A stretch of DNA of 64,000 bases from Vicinamibacteria bacterium (GCA_963555995.3 OY821641.1:256001-320000); one strand, 5' to 3'. Shown: positions 45,469-55,318, counted from the first letter of the stretch. A program made the numbers and translations. Notes: a model not told the origin generated them from the sequence alone.

Positions 45469-45807
45469 CTAGAACCGCCCGAGGGCGTCGGCTTCGGTGT
45501 CGGTGATCGTCAGGATCTGATTGAAACCGCTGATCTTGAAGACTTCGAGAATGTGCTCCTTCATCTCGCAGAGCACCAGCTTGCCCTTCACGCCGGCCAA
45601 CCGCTTGGCGAGAATCAGGAGGACACGCATCCCCGTCGAGTTGATGTAGTCCAGGCCGCCGAAGTTCACGACCACCTGGGTGGCGCCATCCGGACCAATG
45701 GCGTGCGCCATCACCGCCTGCTCGAACTCGCTGCTCGTGCGGGTGTCGATGCGCCCCTGGGGCGAGAGCACGAGAACTCCGTTCTTCGTTTCATCCGTCA
45801 GGTTCAT
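45469..45807 (-). CDS. STAS-domain anti-sigma factor antagonist
   Basis: GRID, YINSTGMRVL phospho-Ser motif, VFKISGF. Confidence 0.9.
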   Translation of the reverse strand: MNLTDETKNGVLVLSPQGRIDTRTSSEFEQAVMAHAIGPDGATQVVVNFGGLDYINSTGMRVLLILAKRLAGVKGKLVLCEMKEHILEVFKISGFNQILTITDTEADALGRF

Positions 45808-46280
45808 TGGGCTTCCTCCTGGTCGCCGGCTGTAAGCGACCGGGTCAGGGTGATTCGGTTCCTACCCTTGATTCGTACGTAGTTGGTCGTCGTCATGAGG
45901 GACTGAACGAGAAAAACACCGAGCCCTCCGATCGGCCTCTCCTCAAGGGGAAGGGTCGTGTCGGGGACCGGCGCCTCGTGAAACGGGTCGAATGGTATCC
46001 CGTGATCCTCGATTTCGATGTTGAAGGTGTCGTCCACAATCGTAGCCCACACGTGAATGTGGGGGTGTTCGTGCTCTCGGGTTCCATACTTGATGACGTT
46101 CGTGACCAGTTCGTCGACCGACAGGGTGATTCGCTGCGTCTGGAGCGGCGGAACGCCGTGTGTTTCCGCAAACTCCTCAAGCGCCACGAGCATCTGGCTG
46201 AGTTCGCTCAGGTCCTTCTCCAGCTTGAAGGAAAAGGTCGGAGCCTCCGCTCTTCCGCCGGAGCCACGCCTCGGTGCCAT
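45804..46280 (-). CDS. Anti-sigma factor Ser/Thr kinase (RsbW-like HATPase)
   Basis: DELVTNVIKY, IEDHGIPFDP, GGLGVFLV; ATGA overlap with the STAS gene. Confidence 0.9.
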   Translation of the reverse strand: MAPRRGSGGRAEAPTFSFKLEKDLSELSQMLVALEEFAETHGVPPLQTQRITLSVDELVTNVIKYGTREHEHPHIHVWATIVDDTFNIEIEDHGIPFDPFHEAPVPDTTLPLEERPIGGLGVFLVQSLMTTTNYVRIKGRNRITLTRSLTAGDQEEAQ

Positions 46281-46384
46281 CGGGGCGCCAACTTTAGCAG
46301 CCTGCGATGCAATTCACGTCAGCCGGAAAGCCGGCGGGAAGCCCGGCGGATTTGGCGCGCGACGAAGCAAAACAGGGCGTTTTC

Positions 46385-46437
46385 CGGGCGAAACGCAACC
46401 CGGAAACGGGCGAAGCGGTGGGTTTCGCCACCGGCCG
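46385..46437. repeat. Degenerate MITE right end
   Basis: CGAAACGCAAC and GTGGGTTTCGCCACCGGC match the MITE core and TIR. Confidence 0.45.
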
Positions 46438-47358
46438 TCACCGCCCGGGTGCCGAGGATCGCAGGTCTCCGAGGGGTACGGGTCCGCCGGAGGGTTCCGA
46501 ATCCAGCATCGAGATGCTGACGGCGACCTCCAGCTCGTGCTGAGCGCCGCCCCGAAAGGTGCCACGGGTAGGCGGAACGTCGCGGTAGTCCCGCCCGCTC
46601 GCGACCCGGACGTGATGTCTCGGAGACACCGTGTTGTTGGTGGGGTCGGCGCCCACCCAGCCGAGGCCCGGGAGGAGGCACTCGATCCAGGCGTGGCTGG
46701 CCTGCGCCATGGTCTGCTCCCTCCCCTTGTGGACCGGGAAGAGGTATCCCGAGACGTATTGGGCCGGGATCCCCCAGCCCCGCACGATGGCGAGCATGAT
46801 GTGGGAAAAATCCTGACAGACGCCGCTCTCCGCCGCCAAGGCGTCGTCGATCGGCGAGTCCACCCGGGTCCGCCCCCGCTCGAAGGCCAGCGCCCCGTGA
46901 ATGCGGGAAGTCAGCTCGCGAACGGACGCCAGCGGCGTCTCGCCGCGCTCGATCCCGTGCCGGGCGACGAAGGCGTCGAGCGCGGCGGTCGGCCGGGTCA
47001 GCGGGGTGGGATGGAGCAGGTGCCACGTCGAAGGCGTCCGCAGTTCCTCCAGATCGTCCCAGGCCGCCTCCTCGGTTTCATCGGGATCGCGGGCGTGCAG
47101 GGCCACGAGGGACCGGGAGGTGATCGTCAGTTGTTCGTGTTCGCCGGGAACGTCGAAGAAGTGCACCGCGTTGCCGAAGCAGTCCTCGTAGCTGCCGAGC
47201 TCGGCGCCGGGATCGGTGACGATCTGGAAGGACTCGAGATGCTGGGAAGCATCGCTCCGGGGTTCGAGGTAGAGCGTGACGACAGCTTCCCGGATCGGTT
47301 CCGAATACCGGAACCGGGTCACGTGTTCGATGCGGTAAAGGGTGTCTTCGGAGGTCAC
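46438..47358 (-). CDS. Transglutaminase-like protein (Bact_transglu_N + core)
   Basis: YRIEHVTRFRY, GVCQDFSH, YVSGYL, SHAW, DPTN, GRDYRDVPP. Confidence 0.92.
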   Translation of the reverse strand: MTSEDTLYRIEHVTRFRYSEPIREAVVTLYLEPRSDASQHLESFQIVTDPGAELGSYEDCFGNAVHFFDVPGEHEQLTITSRSLVALHARDPDETEEAAWDDLEELRTPSTWHLLHPTPLTRPTAALDAFVARHGIERGETPLASVRELTSRIHGALAFERGRTRVDSPIDDALAAESGVCQDFSHIMLAIVRGWGIPAQYVSGYLFPVHKGREQTMAQASHAWIECLLPGLGWVGADPTNNTVSPRHHVRVASGRDYRDVPPTRGTFRGGAQHELEVAVSISMLDSEPSGGPVPLGDLRSSAPGR

Positions 47359-47403
47359 GTGGTTCGGTTCGCGGGCTCAGCCGGCGGCGCTGCGAGGGGG
47401 GCT

Positions 47404-47467
47404 GGGGTTACGACGTGCGCGGCGCGGAGCGCCGCGCGTGCCGGTCTGGAGACCGGCGCTCCCAGCC
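47404..47467. repeat. REP type B inside the operon
   Basis: GGGGTTACGACGTGCGCGGCGCGGAGCGCCGCGCGTGCCGGTCTGGAGACCGGC. Confidence 0.82.
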
Positions 47468-47479
47468 GTGGGCGTCACG

Positions 47480-48454
47480 CTATCTCCCCGCGAGCGCCTG
47501 GTCGGCGGCGTAGTAGATGTAGCGGCGGTAGATCTCGTCGTGGAGCCGGCGGGAGAGCCGGCGCACTTCGGCAAGCGTGCCCGCGAGGTCCTCCCGGTCC
47601 TGGGATCCGTAAACGAGCAGCGCCCGGAGCTGTCCGGCGGTCCGGTGCGCGGCCCGCAGGGGGTGGCGGGCGCCACCGGCCGGATCAATGCGGCCCAGGC
47701 CTTTCCGGATCTCCTCTGCGGCGAAGCGGAGGGTGTGGGGCGACTCCGGTTCGTGGATCAGGAAGGTCATCACCTTCCAGGGATCGATTTCGGGCGTGTA
47801 GTGCCGGCAGTAGGGCTCGAAACTGGCGCAACTGCGGAGCAGGAGCGACCAGTCCAGGTCGGTGTCCTCGTCGTCGAGCGCGGGGCGGTAGTTGTCGAGG
47901 ATCTCGGTGGTGACCTGGATGCGCTCCATGAACCGCCCGAGCCGGATGAAGTCCCACGCGAGCCCGTGCCGGAGTCCGTTGTCGGTCACTCCCCGGAAGA
48001 GGTAGATCTGCGCGGACGTCTCCTTGTAGAAGTTCTCGGGCTCCTTGTTCCAGAAGAAGTGCAGTTGCGTGTCGCAGAGCGAGAGGTAGGTCCGGTTGAG
48101 CTGGCCCCACATCTCCTGGGTGATCTCCTGCCGCGCCTGCCGGGCGTTCTCCCGCGACATGCCCCACAGGGAGACCATCGAGCCGGGGTTTTCGCGCTCG
48201 AAACTCATGAAGTCCGCGAGCGTGTAGGCGTCGGCGAGCAGGAACGAGTCCTCGGGCTGATCGCCGTAGAGCGGGTCGCCACCGGGCGGCGTGACCTTCA
48301 GGCTGCGGAAGAGCCGGGTCCAGCCGGCCGCCACCTGGGCGGAGGTGTTGTCGGTCACCGAGCGCACCTGGACTCCCAGGAGCCGGATGGTCTGGTCCGA
48401 CCGCTCGAGGTAGCGGCTCATCCAGTAGAGGTTGTCGGCGACGCGGGCGAGCAT
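47480..48454 (-). CDS. Alpha-E domain protein
   Basis: MLARVADNLYWMSRYLER, RENAR..R..I..EMW, FIRLGRFMER. Confidence 0.92.
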   Translation of the reverse strand: MLARVADNLYWMSRYLERSDQTIRLLGVQVRSVTDNTSAQVAAGWTRLFRSLKVTPPGGDPLYGDQPEDSFLLADAYTLADFMSFERENPGSMVSLWGMSRENARQARQEITQEMWGQLNRTYLSLCDTQLHFFWNKEPENFYKETSAQIYLFRGVTDNGLRHGLAWDFIRLGRFMERIQVTTEILDNYRPALDDEDTDLDWSLLLRSCASFEPYCRHYTPEIDPWKVMTFLIHEPESPHTLRFAAEEIRKGLGRIDPAGGARHPLRAAHRTAGQLRALLVYGSQDREDLAGTLAEVRRLSRRLHDEIYRRYIYYAADQALAGR

Positions 48455-48456
48455 GA

Positions 48457-49959
48457 TCAGGCTTCGTTCTTCGCTGGCGCCTCGGCGGCCTCCGGGACGT
48501 CCACGATCCAGGCGTCCTTGGAGCCGCCGCCCTGGCTGGAGTTCACCACCAGGCTGCCCTTCTTGAGCGCGACCCGGCAGAGGCCGCCGGGGACGATCTC
48601 GGTCCGCTCCGCCTGCAGGATGAACGGCCGGAGGTCCACGTGCCGCGGCTCGATATGGGCCCCGACGAGACAGGGCGCCCGCGACAGGGCGAGCGTCGGC
48701 TGGGAGATGTAGTTGTCCGGGTTCTCCCGGAGCGCTGCCGCGAATTCCTGCCGCTCGGTCTTCGAGGCGTGGGGACCGACCAGCATCCCGTAGCCGCCGG
48801 ACTCGCCCACCATCTTCACGACCAGCTTGTCGAGGTTGGCGAGGGTGTAGGCGAGCCCCTCCCGCTCCCGGCAGAGGGTGGTCGGGATGGGCTTGATGAG
48901 CGATTCTTCGCCCAGGTAGTACTGGATGATGCGCGGGACGTAGGCATAGACGGCCTTGTCGTCGGCCACGCCGGTCCCGGGGGCGTTCGCGATCACCACC
49001 CGGCCCGCCCGGTACGCGTGGAAGAGCCCGGGCACTCCGAGCACCGAGTCCTCGCGGAAGGTGACCGGGTCGATGAAGTCGTCGTCAATGCGCCGGTAGA
49101 TCACGTCCACCTGCCGCAGCCCGCCGGTCGTACGCATGTACACCCGCTGGTTGTGGACGAGCAGGTCGCGCCCCTCGACGAGTTCGATGCCCATCTGGCG
49201 GGCCAGGAAAGCGTGCTCGTAGTAGGCCGAGTTGTAGACCCCGGGGGTGAGCAGGACGATGCTCGGATCGCTCACCTGCGGTGGCGCGAGCGACCGGAGC
49301 GTCTCGAGCAGCAGCCGGCTGTACTGCTCCACGTCCCGGACCTGGGAACGCCGGAAGAGCCGCGGCATGCTGCGCTTGATCGCGTCCCGGCAGGCGAGCA
49401 TGTAGCTGACGCCCGACGGCACGCGGAGGTTGTCCTCGAGCACCGCGAACCCGTCGTGGGTGCGCACGAGGTCGGTGCCGCACACCGAAACGTAGGCGCC
49501 GTGCGGGACCTCGACGCCGCGCATCTCGATCCGGTAGTGCTTGTTTCCGTACACCAGCTCGGCGGGGATCACGCCGTCACGGATGATGTGGCCCTGGTGG
49601 TAGATGTCGTGGAGGAACAGGTTGAGCGCTCGCAGCCGCTGTTCCAGCCCGCGGGCCACGTCGTCCCATTCGTCGCCGCGCACGATGCGGGGAAGGCAGT
49701 CGATGGGGAAGACGCGCTCGATCGTCTGCTCGTCGCCGTACACGGTGAAGGTGATTCCCTCGTGCAGGAACGAGCGGGTGACCCGCTCCTGGATCTGCCT
49801 CAGGTCGTCCGGCGGCGTCTCCCGGATGGTCTCGAAGAAATCGGCGCAGTGCCGCCGCGGAGACCCGTCGCCATCGAACATCTCGTCGTAGAACGACGGG
49901 TTGTGGTCGTACTGGCGGAACGCGGGAGCGGCGACGGGATGCGCGGCGGTGTTGGTCAT
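48457..49959 (-). CDS. Circularly permuted type 2 ATP-grasp protein
   Basis: GITFTVY, VLEDNLRVPSGVSY, NSAYYEH, YRRIDDDFIDP, SGGYGM, RHVDLRPF, VNSSQGGGSKD. Confidence 0.95.
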   Translation of the reverse strand: MTNTAAHPVAAPAFRQYDHNPSFYDEMFDGDGSPRRHCADFFETIRETPPDDLRQIQERVTRSFLHEGITFTVYGDEQTIERVFPIDCLPRIVRGDEWDDVARGLEQRLRALNLFLHDIYHQGHIIRDGVIPAELVYGNKHYRIEMRGVEVPHGAYVSVCGTDLVRTHDGFAVLEDNLRVPSGVSYMLACRDAIKRSMPRLFRRSQVRDVEQYSRLLLETLRSLAPPQVSDPSIVLLTPGVYNSAYYEHAFLARQMGIELVEGRDLLVHNQRVYMRTTGGLRQVDVIYRRIDDDFIDPVTFREDSVLGVPGLFHAYRAGRVVIANAPGTGVADDKAVYAYVPRIIQYYLGEESLIKPIPTTLCREREGLAYTLANLDKLVVKMVGESGGYGMLVGPHASKTERQEFAAALRENPDNYISQPTLALSRAPCLVGAHIEPRHVDLRPFILQAERTEIVPGGLCRVALKKGSLVVNSSQGGGSKDAWIVDVPEAAEAPAKNEA

Positions 49960-50016
49960 GAGCGCAGCCGCAGCGGCGTGCCGCATGCCGGAGCGGGACC
50001 GACGTTCATCAGGAGT

Positions 50017-51321
50017 TCAGGCAGATTTCGGGAGGCCGTTGCGGGCGACGTCCTCGTACACGTTGCAGAAGTAGTCGAGCTCGGCCATGGTCGTGTAGAG
50101 GTTCGGCGTGATCCGGAGTCCCTGGAACTCCTCGTGCATGATGGGAGTGACGATGATGTGGTGCTTCTCCCAGAAGTAGTCGCGGAGCCGGGGCGGTTCG
50201 ACCGTCGTCAGGTTGATGTTGCCGATGGCGCAACTCAACCGGGGGTTGCGCGAAGTGTGGAGTTCGGTGTTCGGCAGCGCTGAGAGGCGGTCGGCCCACG
50301 TGTCCTTCAGGTAGCGGAGCCGGGCCTCCTTGTTCTTCGCGCCCACCGTGTTGTGGAAGGTGATCGCTTCTCCGACCGCCACGAAGTTGGCGGCGGGATG
50401 GGTGCCGATCTCCTCGTACTTGCGGATGTCGGCGTCCATGCGCTCGGGGGCCGGCATCATGGGCCAGATCTTCGGGATCTTGTCCTTCTTCACGTAGAGC
50501 ATCCCGGTGCCCTTGGGGGCGAGCAGCCACTTGTGGAGGCTGGTGCCGAAGTAGTCGCAGCCGATGTCTTCGAGCTTGAAGTCGAACTGGGCGAACGAGT
50601 GCGCCCCGTCCACCATGACCTCGATCCCGTGCTCGCGGGCCAGGTCGCAGACCGCCTTCACCGGCAGGATCTGACCGGTGAGGTTGATCTGGTGGGACAT
50701 CAGGATGATCCGGGTCTTGTCGGTAATCGCGCCCCGGAACCCCTCCACGACCTCCTCGTCGGTCTCCGCCGGGGTCGGGATCTGGATGAACTTGAGGTCA
50801 ATGCCCTCGCGGCGCACCCGCTGGCGGATGGTGGTGAGCATCCGCCCGTAGTCCTGGGTGGTGGTGAGGATCTCGTCGCCGGACTGGAGATCCATCCCCA
50901 GCAGCAGGATCTCCATGGCTTCGGAGGTGTTCCGGACCAGCGCCACCTCCTCGGGGTCGCAGCCGAAAAGCACCGCGAGCCGTTGCCGCACGTTCTCCTT
51001 CCGGGGCTGGAGGATCTGCCACATCGTGTACACGGGGGCTTCCTCCGATTCCCAGATGTAGCGGACGAAGGCGTCGGTGACCATTCGGGGTGACGGGCAC
51101 ACGCCCCCGTTGTTCAGGTTGATGATCGAGCGGGTGACGCTGAACGCCTGCTGGATCTCACTCCAGTAGTTCTCGTCGGACGCCAGGTCTTCGGGACTCC
51201 GGCCCGACGTCCGCTGCGCGGCGGCCTCGACGCTGCGGATCGTTTCCGGCCCGAAGAGGGTGGTGACGAGCGCCGCGCCGCCCGCTTCGCCCACCGAACT
51301 GAGAAACCGCCTGCGCCGCAT
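50017..51321 (-). CDS. Class V PLP enzyme (isopenicillin-N-epimerase/CefD-like), Tat-exported
   Basis: MRRRRFL signal, LNNGGVCPSP, VDGAH, SLHKWLLAPKGTG, IGTH. Confidence 0.88.
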   Translation of the reverse strand: MRRRRFLSSVGEAGGAALVTTLFGPETIRSVEAAAQRTSGRSPEDLASDENYWSEIQQAFSVTRSIINLNNGGVCPSPRMVTDAFVRYIWESEEAPVYTMWQILQPRKENVRQRLAVLFGCDPEEVALVRNTSEAMEILLLGMDLQSGDEILTTTQDYGRMLTTIRQRVRREGIDLKFIQIPTPAETDEEVVEGFRGAITDKTRIILMSHQINLTGQILPVKAVCDLAREHGIEVMVDGAHSFAQFDFKLEDIGCDYFGTSLHKWLLAPKGTGMLYVKKDKIPKIWPMMPAPERMDADIRKYEEIGTHPAANFVAVGEAITFHNTVGAKNKEARLRYLKDTWADRLSALPNTELHTSRNPRLSCAIGNINLTTVEPPRLRDYFWEKHHIIVTPIMHEEFQGLRITPNLYTTMAELDYFCNVYEDVARNGLPKSA

Positions 51322-51459
51322 CGTTCAACTCCTTGGGGGAACCCGGAATCCGAACCGGAATCGGCGGATGGGGCCCTGAATTCGGCGGAATTTACCACCG
51401 GGATCCGGTGCGACCCCCGGGTCCGCCGGGCAGTAGAGGCCGACTCCGCGTCCAGGGAA

Positions 51460-51465
51460 TACCAT
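51460..51465 (+). promoter_or_regulatory. -10 element of a probably leaderless transcript
   Basis: TACCAT followed by 6 nt and the ATG at 51472; no SD. Confidence 0.45.
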
Positions 51466-51471
51466 CCCGGA

Positions 51472-52998
51472 ATGCTCGACGCACTCTCCGACCTGCTGCG
51501 CCGGATGCCCCCGATCTTCGATTCGACCGTGGGTCACCTGGTGATCGCGCTGGGCGTGCTGGTGGCCGCCTTCGGCTTCGCGCTGGTGGTGGTCATCCTG
51601 CTCCGCCGGGTGCTGTTCCGACTGGGTCTGCGGGAGCGGATCGCGTCCCGGGTCGCCGGCGGGGTGCGGCTGGCGCTCGGCCCCGAACGGGCCTCCCAGC
51701 AGGACGTCGAGGCGATCGCCGGCCGGATCGTCTTCTGGGGACTGCTGATCCTCGTGGTGGCGGCGGTCGCCTCGGTCGTGGACTTCTCCGGGGTCGGGGG
51801 CATCGGCGGGATGCTGCTGGGCCGGATCATGGGGATGGTTGCCCAGTTGGGACGGGCGCTCGTCCTGCTGCTCGCCGCCTGGTTCCTGGCCGCGGTGCTC
51901 CGCCGCGCGGTGCGGGTGGCCCTCGAGGCCGCGGGCGTGGACGAGCGGCTCGACCGGGGGACCGAGCGGCCGCCGGGGCGGATCTCGCACGCGGTGCCCG
52001 AGGTCGTCTACTGGGTCGTCCTCCTCCTGTTCCTGCCCCCGATCCTGGCGGCGCTCGACCTCGAGGGGGTGCTCCTTCCGATCGAGACGGTCGTGAACCA
52101 GGTGATCACCTTCCTGCCGAACGTGCTGGGCGCGATCATCATCTTCCTGGTCGGGTGGTTCATCGCGCGGATCGCGAAGGCGGTGGTGACCAACCTGCTC
52201 GCCGCGGTGGGGCTCGACACGGCGGCGGAACGGCTCGGCCTCCGGCGGGTCCTGGGTTCGCGGACCCCGTCGGCGCTGCTCGGCGGGATCGCCTATCTGC
52301 TGGTGCTCTTCCCGGTGATCCTGACCGGGCTCGACCGGCTGAGCCTCGACGTGATCACCCGGCCGGCGAGCGACATGCTCGGACGGGTCTTCAATGCCCT
52401 GCCGCTCCTGCTGGTCGCGGTGGCGCTCCTGCTCACGGCGTACGTGGTGGGGCGCGTGATCTCGAACCTCGCGCGCGACCTGCTGCGGGAAGCCGGCTTC
52501 GACCACGTCCTGACCCGGATCGGGCTGACCAGCACCGCGACGGCCGACGACCACACGGCCTCGAACGTCGTGCGGGTGGTGGTGCTCGCCCTCATCATGC
52601 TGTTCGCGAGCATCGAGGCGGCGAGCCTGGTGGGCTTCGACAACGTGGCGGACCTTCTCTCCCGGCTGCTCCAGTTCACCGGCCATTTCCTGCTGGGAGT
52701 GGTGTTCCTGGGCTTCGGGGTCTTCCTCGCGAACCTGTCGGCGCGCGCCATCAGCGCCAGCCGGGTCCCGCAGGCGCGGCTCCTCGCGTTGGCGGCGCGG
52801 GTCGGCATCCTGCTGTTCACCACCGCGGTGGGCCTCCGCCAGATGGGCATCGCCAACGAGATCATCGAGCTGGCCTTCGGCATCGTGCTGGGCGCGGTGG
52901 CGGTGGCGTTCGCGGTGGCCTTCGGCCTCGGCGGCCGGGACGCCGCGTCCCGGCAGATCGAGCGCTGGCAGTCACGCATCTCGGACGAGGATCGGTAG
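51472..52998 (+). CDS. CmpX/MscS-like membrane protein with TM_helix repeats
   Basis: Repeated FLPNVLGA..I...GWFIA units; C-terminal AFAVAFGLGGRD. Confidence 0.8.
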   Translation: MLDALSDLLRRMPPIFDSTVGHLVIALGVLVAAFGFALVVVILLRRVLFRLGLRERIASRVAGGVRLALGPERASQQDVEAIAGRIVFWGLLILVVAAVASVVDFSGVGGIGGMLLGRIMGMVAQLGRALVLLLAAWFLAAVLRRAVRVALEAAGVDERLDRGTERPPGRISHAVPEVVYWVVLLLFLPPILAALDLEGVLLPIETVVNQVITFLPNVLGAIIIFLVGWFIARIAKAVVTNLLAAVGLDTAAERLGLRRVLGSRTPSALLGGIAYLLVLFPVILTGLDRLSLDVITRPASDMLGRVFNALPLLLVAVALLLTAYVVGRVISNLARDLLREAGFDHVLTRIGLTSTATADDHTASNVVRVVVLALIMLFASIEAASLVGFDNVADLLSRLLQFTGHFLLGVVFLGFGVFLANLSARAISASRVPQARLLALAARVGILLFTTAVGLRQMGIANEIIELAFGIVLGAVAVAFAVAFGLGGRDAASRQIERWQSRISDEDR

Positions 52999-53004
52999 GG
53001 GCCG

Positions 53005-55065
53005 GTGGACAGTTCGCCGGGGAGCCTTTCCTGGCGCGGCCGGGTCATCCGCCGCGCCGCGGTCATCGGCTCGGGGCAGATCGGGCCGGACATCGCCCTT
53101 CACCTCGTCAAGACCCTCTCGCCCCACGGGGTGGAGACGGTGGTGCTGGACATCGCGGAAGCGGCGCTCGCGGTCGGCCGCCGAAAGATGTTCCGGAAGA
53201 TCGAGAAGGGTCAGCAGTCCGGCGCGTTCCGGGACGCCCAGGCCGACCGGATGCGCGGCTCCGTCGAGTTCACGAGCGACTACGGCCGGCTCGCCGGGGT
53301 GGACCTGGTCATCGAGACGGCGTCCGAGGATCTCGCGATCAAGCGGCGCATCTTCCGGTCGGTGGAGGAACTTGCCGGTCCGGAGGCGGTGCTGCTCTCG
53401 AACTCCTCCCACATCGAGCCGTCCCGCATCTTCTCGGAGCTCGCCGAGCCGGGCCGCGCGGCGGTGGCGCACTACTTCTTCCCGGCGGAGCGCAACCCGG
53501 TCGTGGAGATTGTCGCCGCCGAACCCGCGCGCGGCCTCGCGCCGTGGCTGCTCGGCTTCTACGAGGAGATCGGCAAGGTGCCGGTGGCCGTCGAGAGCCG
53601 CTTCGGCCACGCCCTGAACCCGATCTTCGAAGGGATGTTCCTCGCGGCGGCGCTCGCGGTCGAGGAGGGGCTCGGGACGTCGAAGGAGGTGGACGACGTC
53701 GCCCGCCGGGCGCTCCGGCTCGGGATCGGGCCGTTCACCGCCATGAACCTGACCGGCGGCAACCCGATCGCCCACGAGGGGTTCGCCGAGATGCACGAGC
53801 GCCTCCATCCCTGGTTCCGGGTCCCGCGGCTCCTCGAGGAGGCGGTGGCGGAGGAGGGGCCTACCGGCCGGGTGTGGGACGTGCCCGCCCGCGGCGAAGC
53901 GGTCGCCGTTCCCGAGGACCGCCGGAAACACATCGAGGAACGGATCACCGCCGCGTATCTGGGACTGGCCGCCTGGACCGCCGCGGACGGGGCGATCTCC
54001 GTCCCGGACCTGGACATGGCCTGCCATCTCGCCCTCGCGGTGGTGCATCCCTTCGGGCTCATGCGGAAGCTGGGAGCGGCCCGGGTTTCGGAACTCCTCG
54101 GCTCCTACCGCGAGCGGGAGCCGGACTTCTTCGACCCCGCCGGGTTCGCCGGGCGGCTTCCGGAATGGACCTCCCGGCCGGTCCCCCGGGTGGGCCGGCG
54201 CGACGTTCCGGCGGCGCCGGGCGCGGTGGCGGTGCTGACCATCCGCCGGCCGGAGGTGCTCGGCGCGCTCGACGAGGACGTCTTCCGGGAGCTGGACGCC
54301 CACCTCACCGAAGTGGCGGCGGACGACCGGATCCTCGGGCTGGTGATCACCGGCTTCGGGGTCAAGGCGTTCGTCTCCGGCGCCGACGTGAGGACGCTGG
54401 CCCGGATCGGCAGTCCGGAGGACGGCGAGCGGTTCTCCCGCGCCTCGCACGAGGTCCTGAATCGGGTTGCCGGTCTCGGGAAGCCGGTGGTCTGCGCCCT
54501 CAACGGGATGGCGGTCGGCGGCGGGAACGAGCTGGCCTTGGCCTGCCACGCCCGGATCGGCCGGGAGGGACTCAGGGTGCTCGCGATGCAGCCGGAGCCG
54601 AACCTCGGGATCATCCCCGGCGCCGGCGGCACGCAACGCCTCCCTCGGCTCATCGGGGTGGAGGCGGCGTGGGAGATCCTCCGCACCGGGCGTCCGGTTT
54701 CCGCGGCGGAGGCGCTCGAACTCGGGCTCGTCAGTGAACTGGTCCCCGGCGAGCGGCTCCGGGAGCGGGCGGTTCAGGTCGCCGCCGAAGCCGCGCGGGG
54801 GGAACGGGTGCTGCCGCCGATGCCGGCGGGACCGATCCCCACCCCGGAGACGTGTCCCGACGTGGACCTCGGCCATCTCTCCCGCGCCGTGGACGGGTTC
54901 ATCCAGCGGGCGGTCCGCGAGGGCGCCGCGATGGATCTCGCCGCCGGACTGGAGCACGAGATCCGGCTCTTCGGCGAGGGCTGCGCGCTCGAGGACATGC
55001 GGATCGGGGTCCGCAACTTCATCGAGAACGGCCCCCGAACGAAAGCAACCTTCCTCCACCGCTGA
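53005..55065 (+). CDS. 3-hydroxyacyl-CoA dehydrogenase / enoyl-CoA hydratase fusion (HAD N-terminal)
   Basis: VIGSGQIG, SNSS, HYFFP..VE; then AFVSGAD, GGGNELA, QPEPNLGIIPGAGGTQRL. Confidence 0.9.
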   Translation: MDSSPGSLSWRGRVIRRAAVIGSGQIGPDIALHLVKTLSPHGVETVVLDIAEAALAVGRRKMFRKIEKGQQSGAFRDAQADRMRGSVEFTSDYGRLAGVDLVIETASEDLAIKRRIFRSVEELAGPEAVLLSNSSHIEPSRIFSELAEPGRAAVAHYFFPAERNPVVEIVAAEPARGLAPWLLGFYEEIGKVPVAVESRFGHALNPIFEGMFLAAALAVEEGLGTSKEVDDVARRALRLGIGPFTAMNLTGGNPIAHEGFAEMHERLHPWFRVPRLLEEAVAEEGPTGRVWDVPARGEAVAVPEDRRKHIEERITAAYLGLAAWTAADGAISVPDLDMACHLALAVVHPFGLMRKLGAARVSELLGSYREREPDFFDPAGFAGRLPEWTSRPVPRVGRRDVPAAPGAVAVLTIRRPEVLGALDEDVFRELDAHLTEVAADDRILGLVITGFGVKAFVSGADVRTLARIGSPEDGERFSRASHEVLNRVAGLGKPVVCALNGMAVGGGNELALACHARIGREGLRVLAMQPEPNLGIIPGAGGTQRLPRLIGVEAAWEILRTGRPVSAAEALELGLVSELVPGERLRERAVQVAAEAARGERVLPPMPAGPIPTPETCPDVDLGHLSRAVDGFIQRAVREGAAMDLAAGLEHEIRLFGEGCALEDMRIGVRNFIENGPRTKATFLHR

Positions 55066-55153
55066 TCGGAGCGCCGGCCCGGACCGCCGGCCCGACCGTG
55101 TGGCAGGGAAAACGTAGCCCCGGGGGTCGTTCAGTTGCCCTGATGGCGCCGCC

Positions 55154-55318
55154 GGCTTGGAACGCCCGCTTCAGCCGGCACGGCGACCCGCAGAGCCGCG
55201 GGCGGTTCGTCGCTACCCCAGGTGCATAGGCGCGTGCAGCCGAGCCATCCGGCGAATGAGATCTGTCTCGCCGCGCGCCTTCGGCGGGCTGTGCCGGCTC
55301 AAGCCGGCGTTCCAAGCC
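55154..55318. repeat. REPIN-like doublet of REP type A
   Basis: Inverted arms 55154-55181 and 55291-55318; homologous to 18526-18689. Confidence 0.85.
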
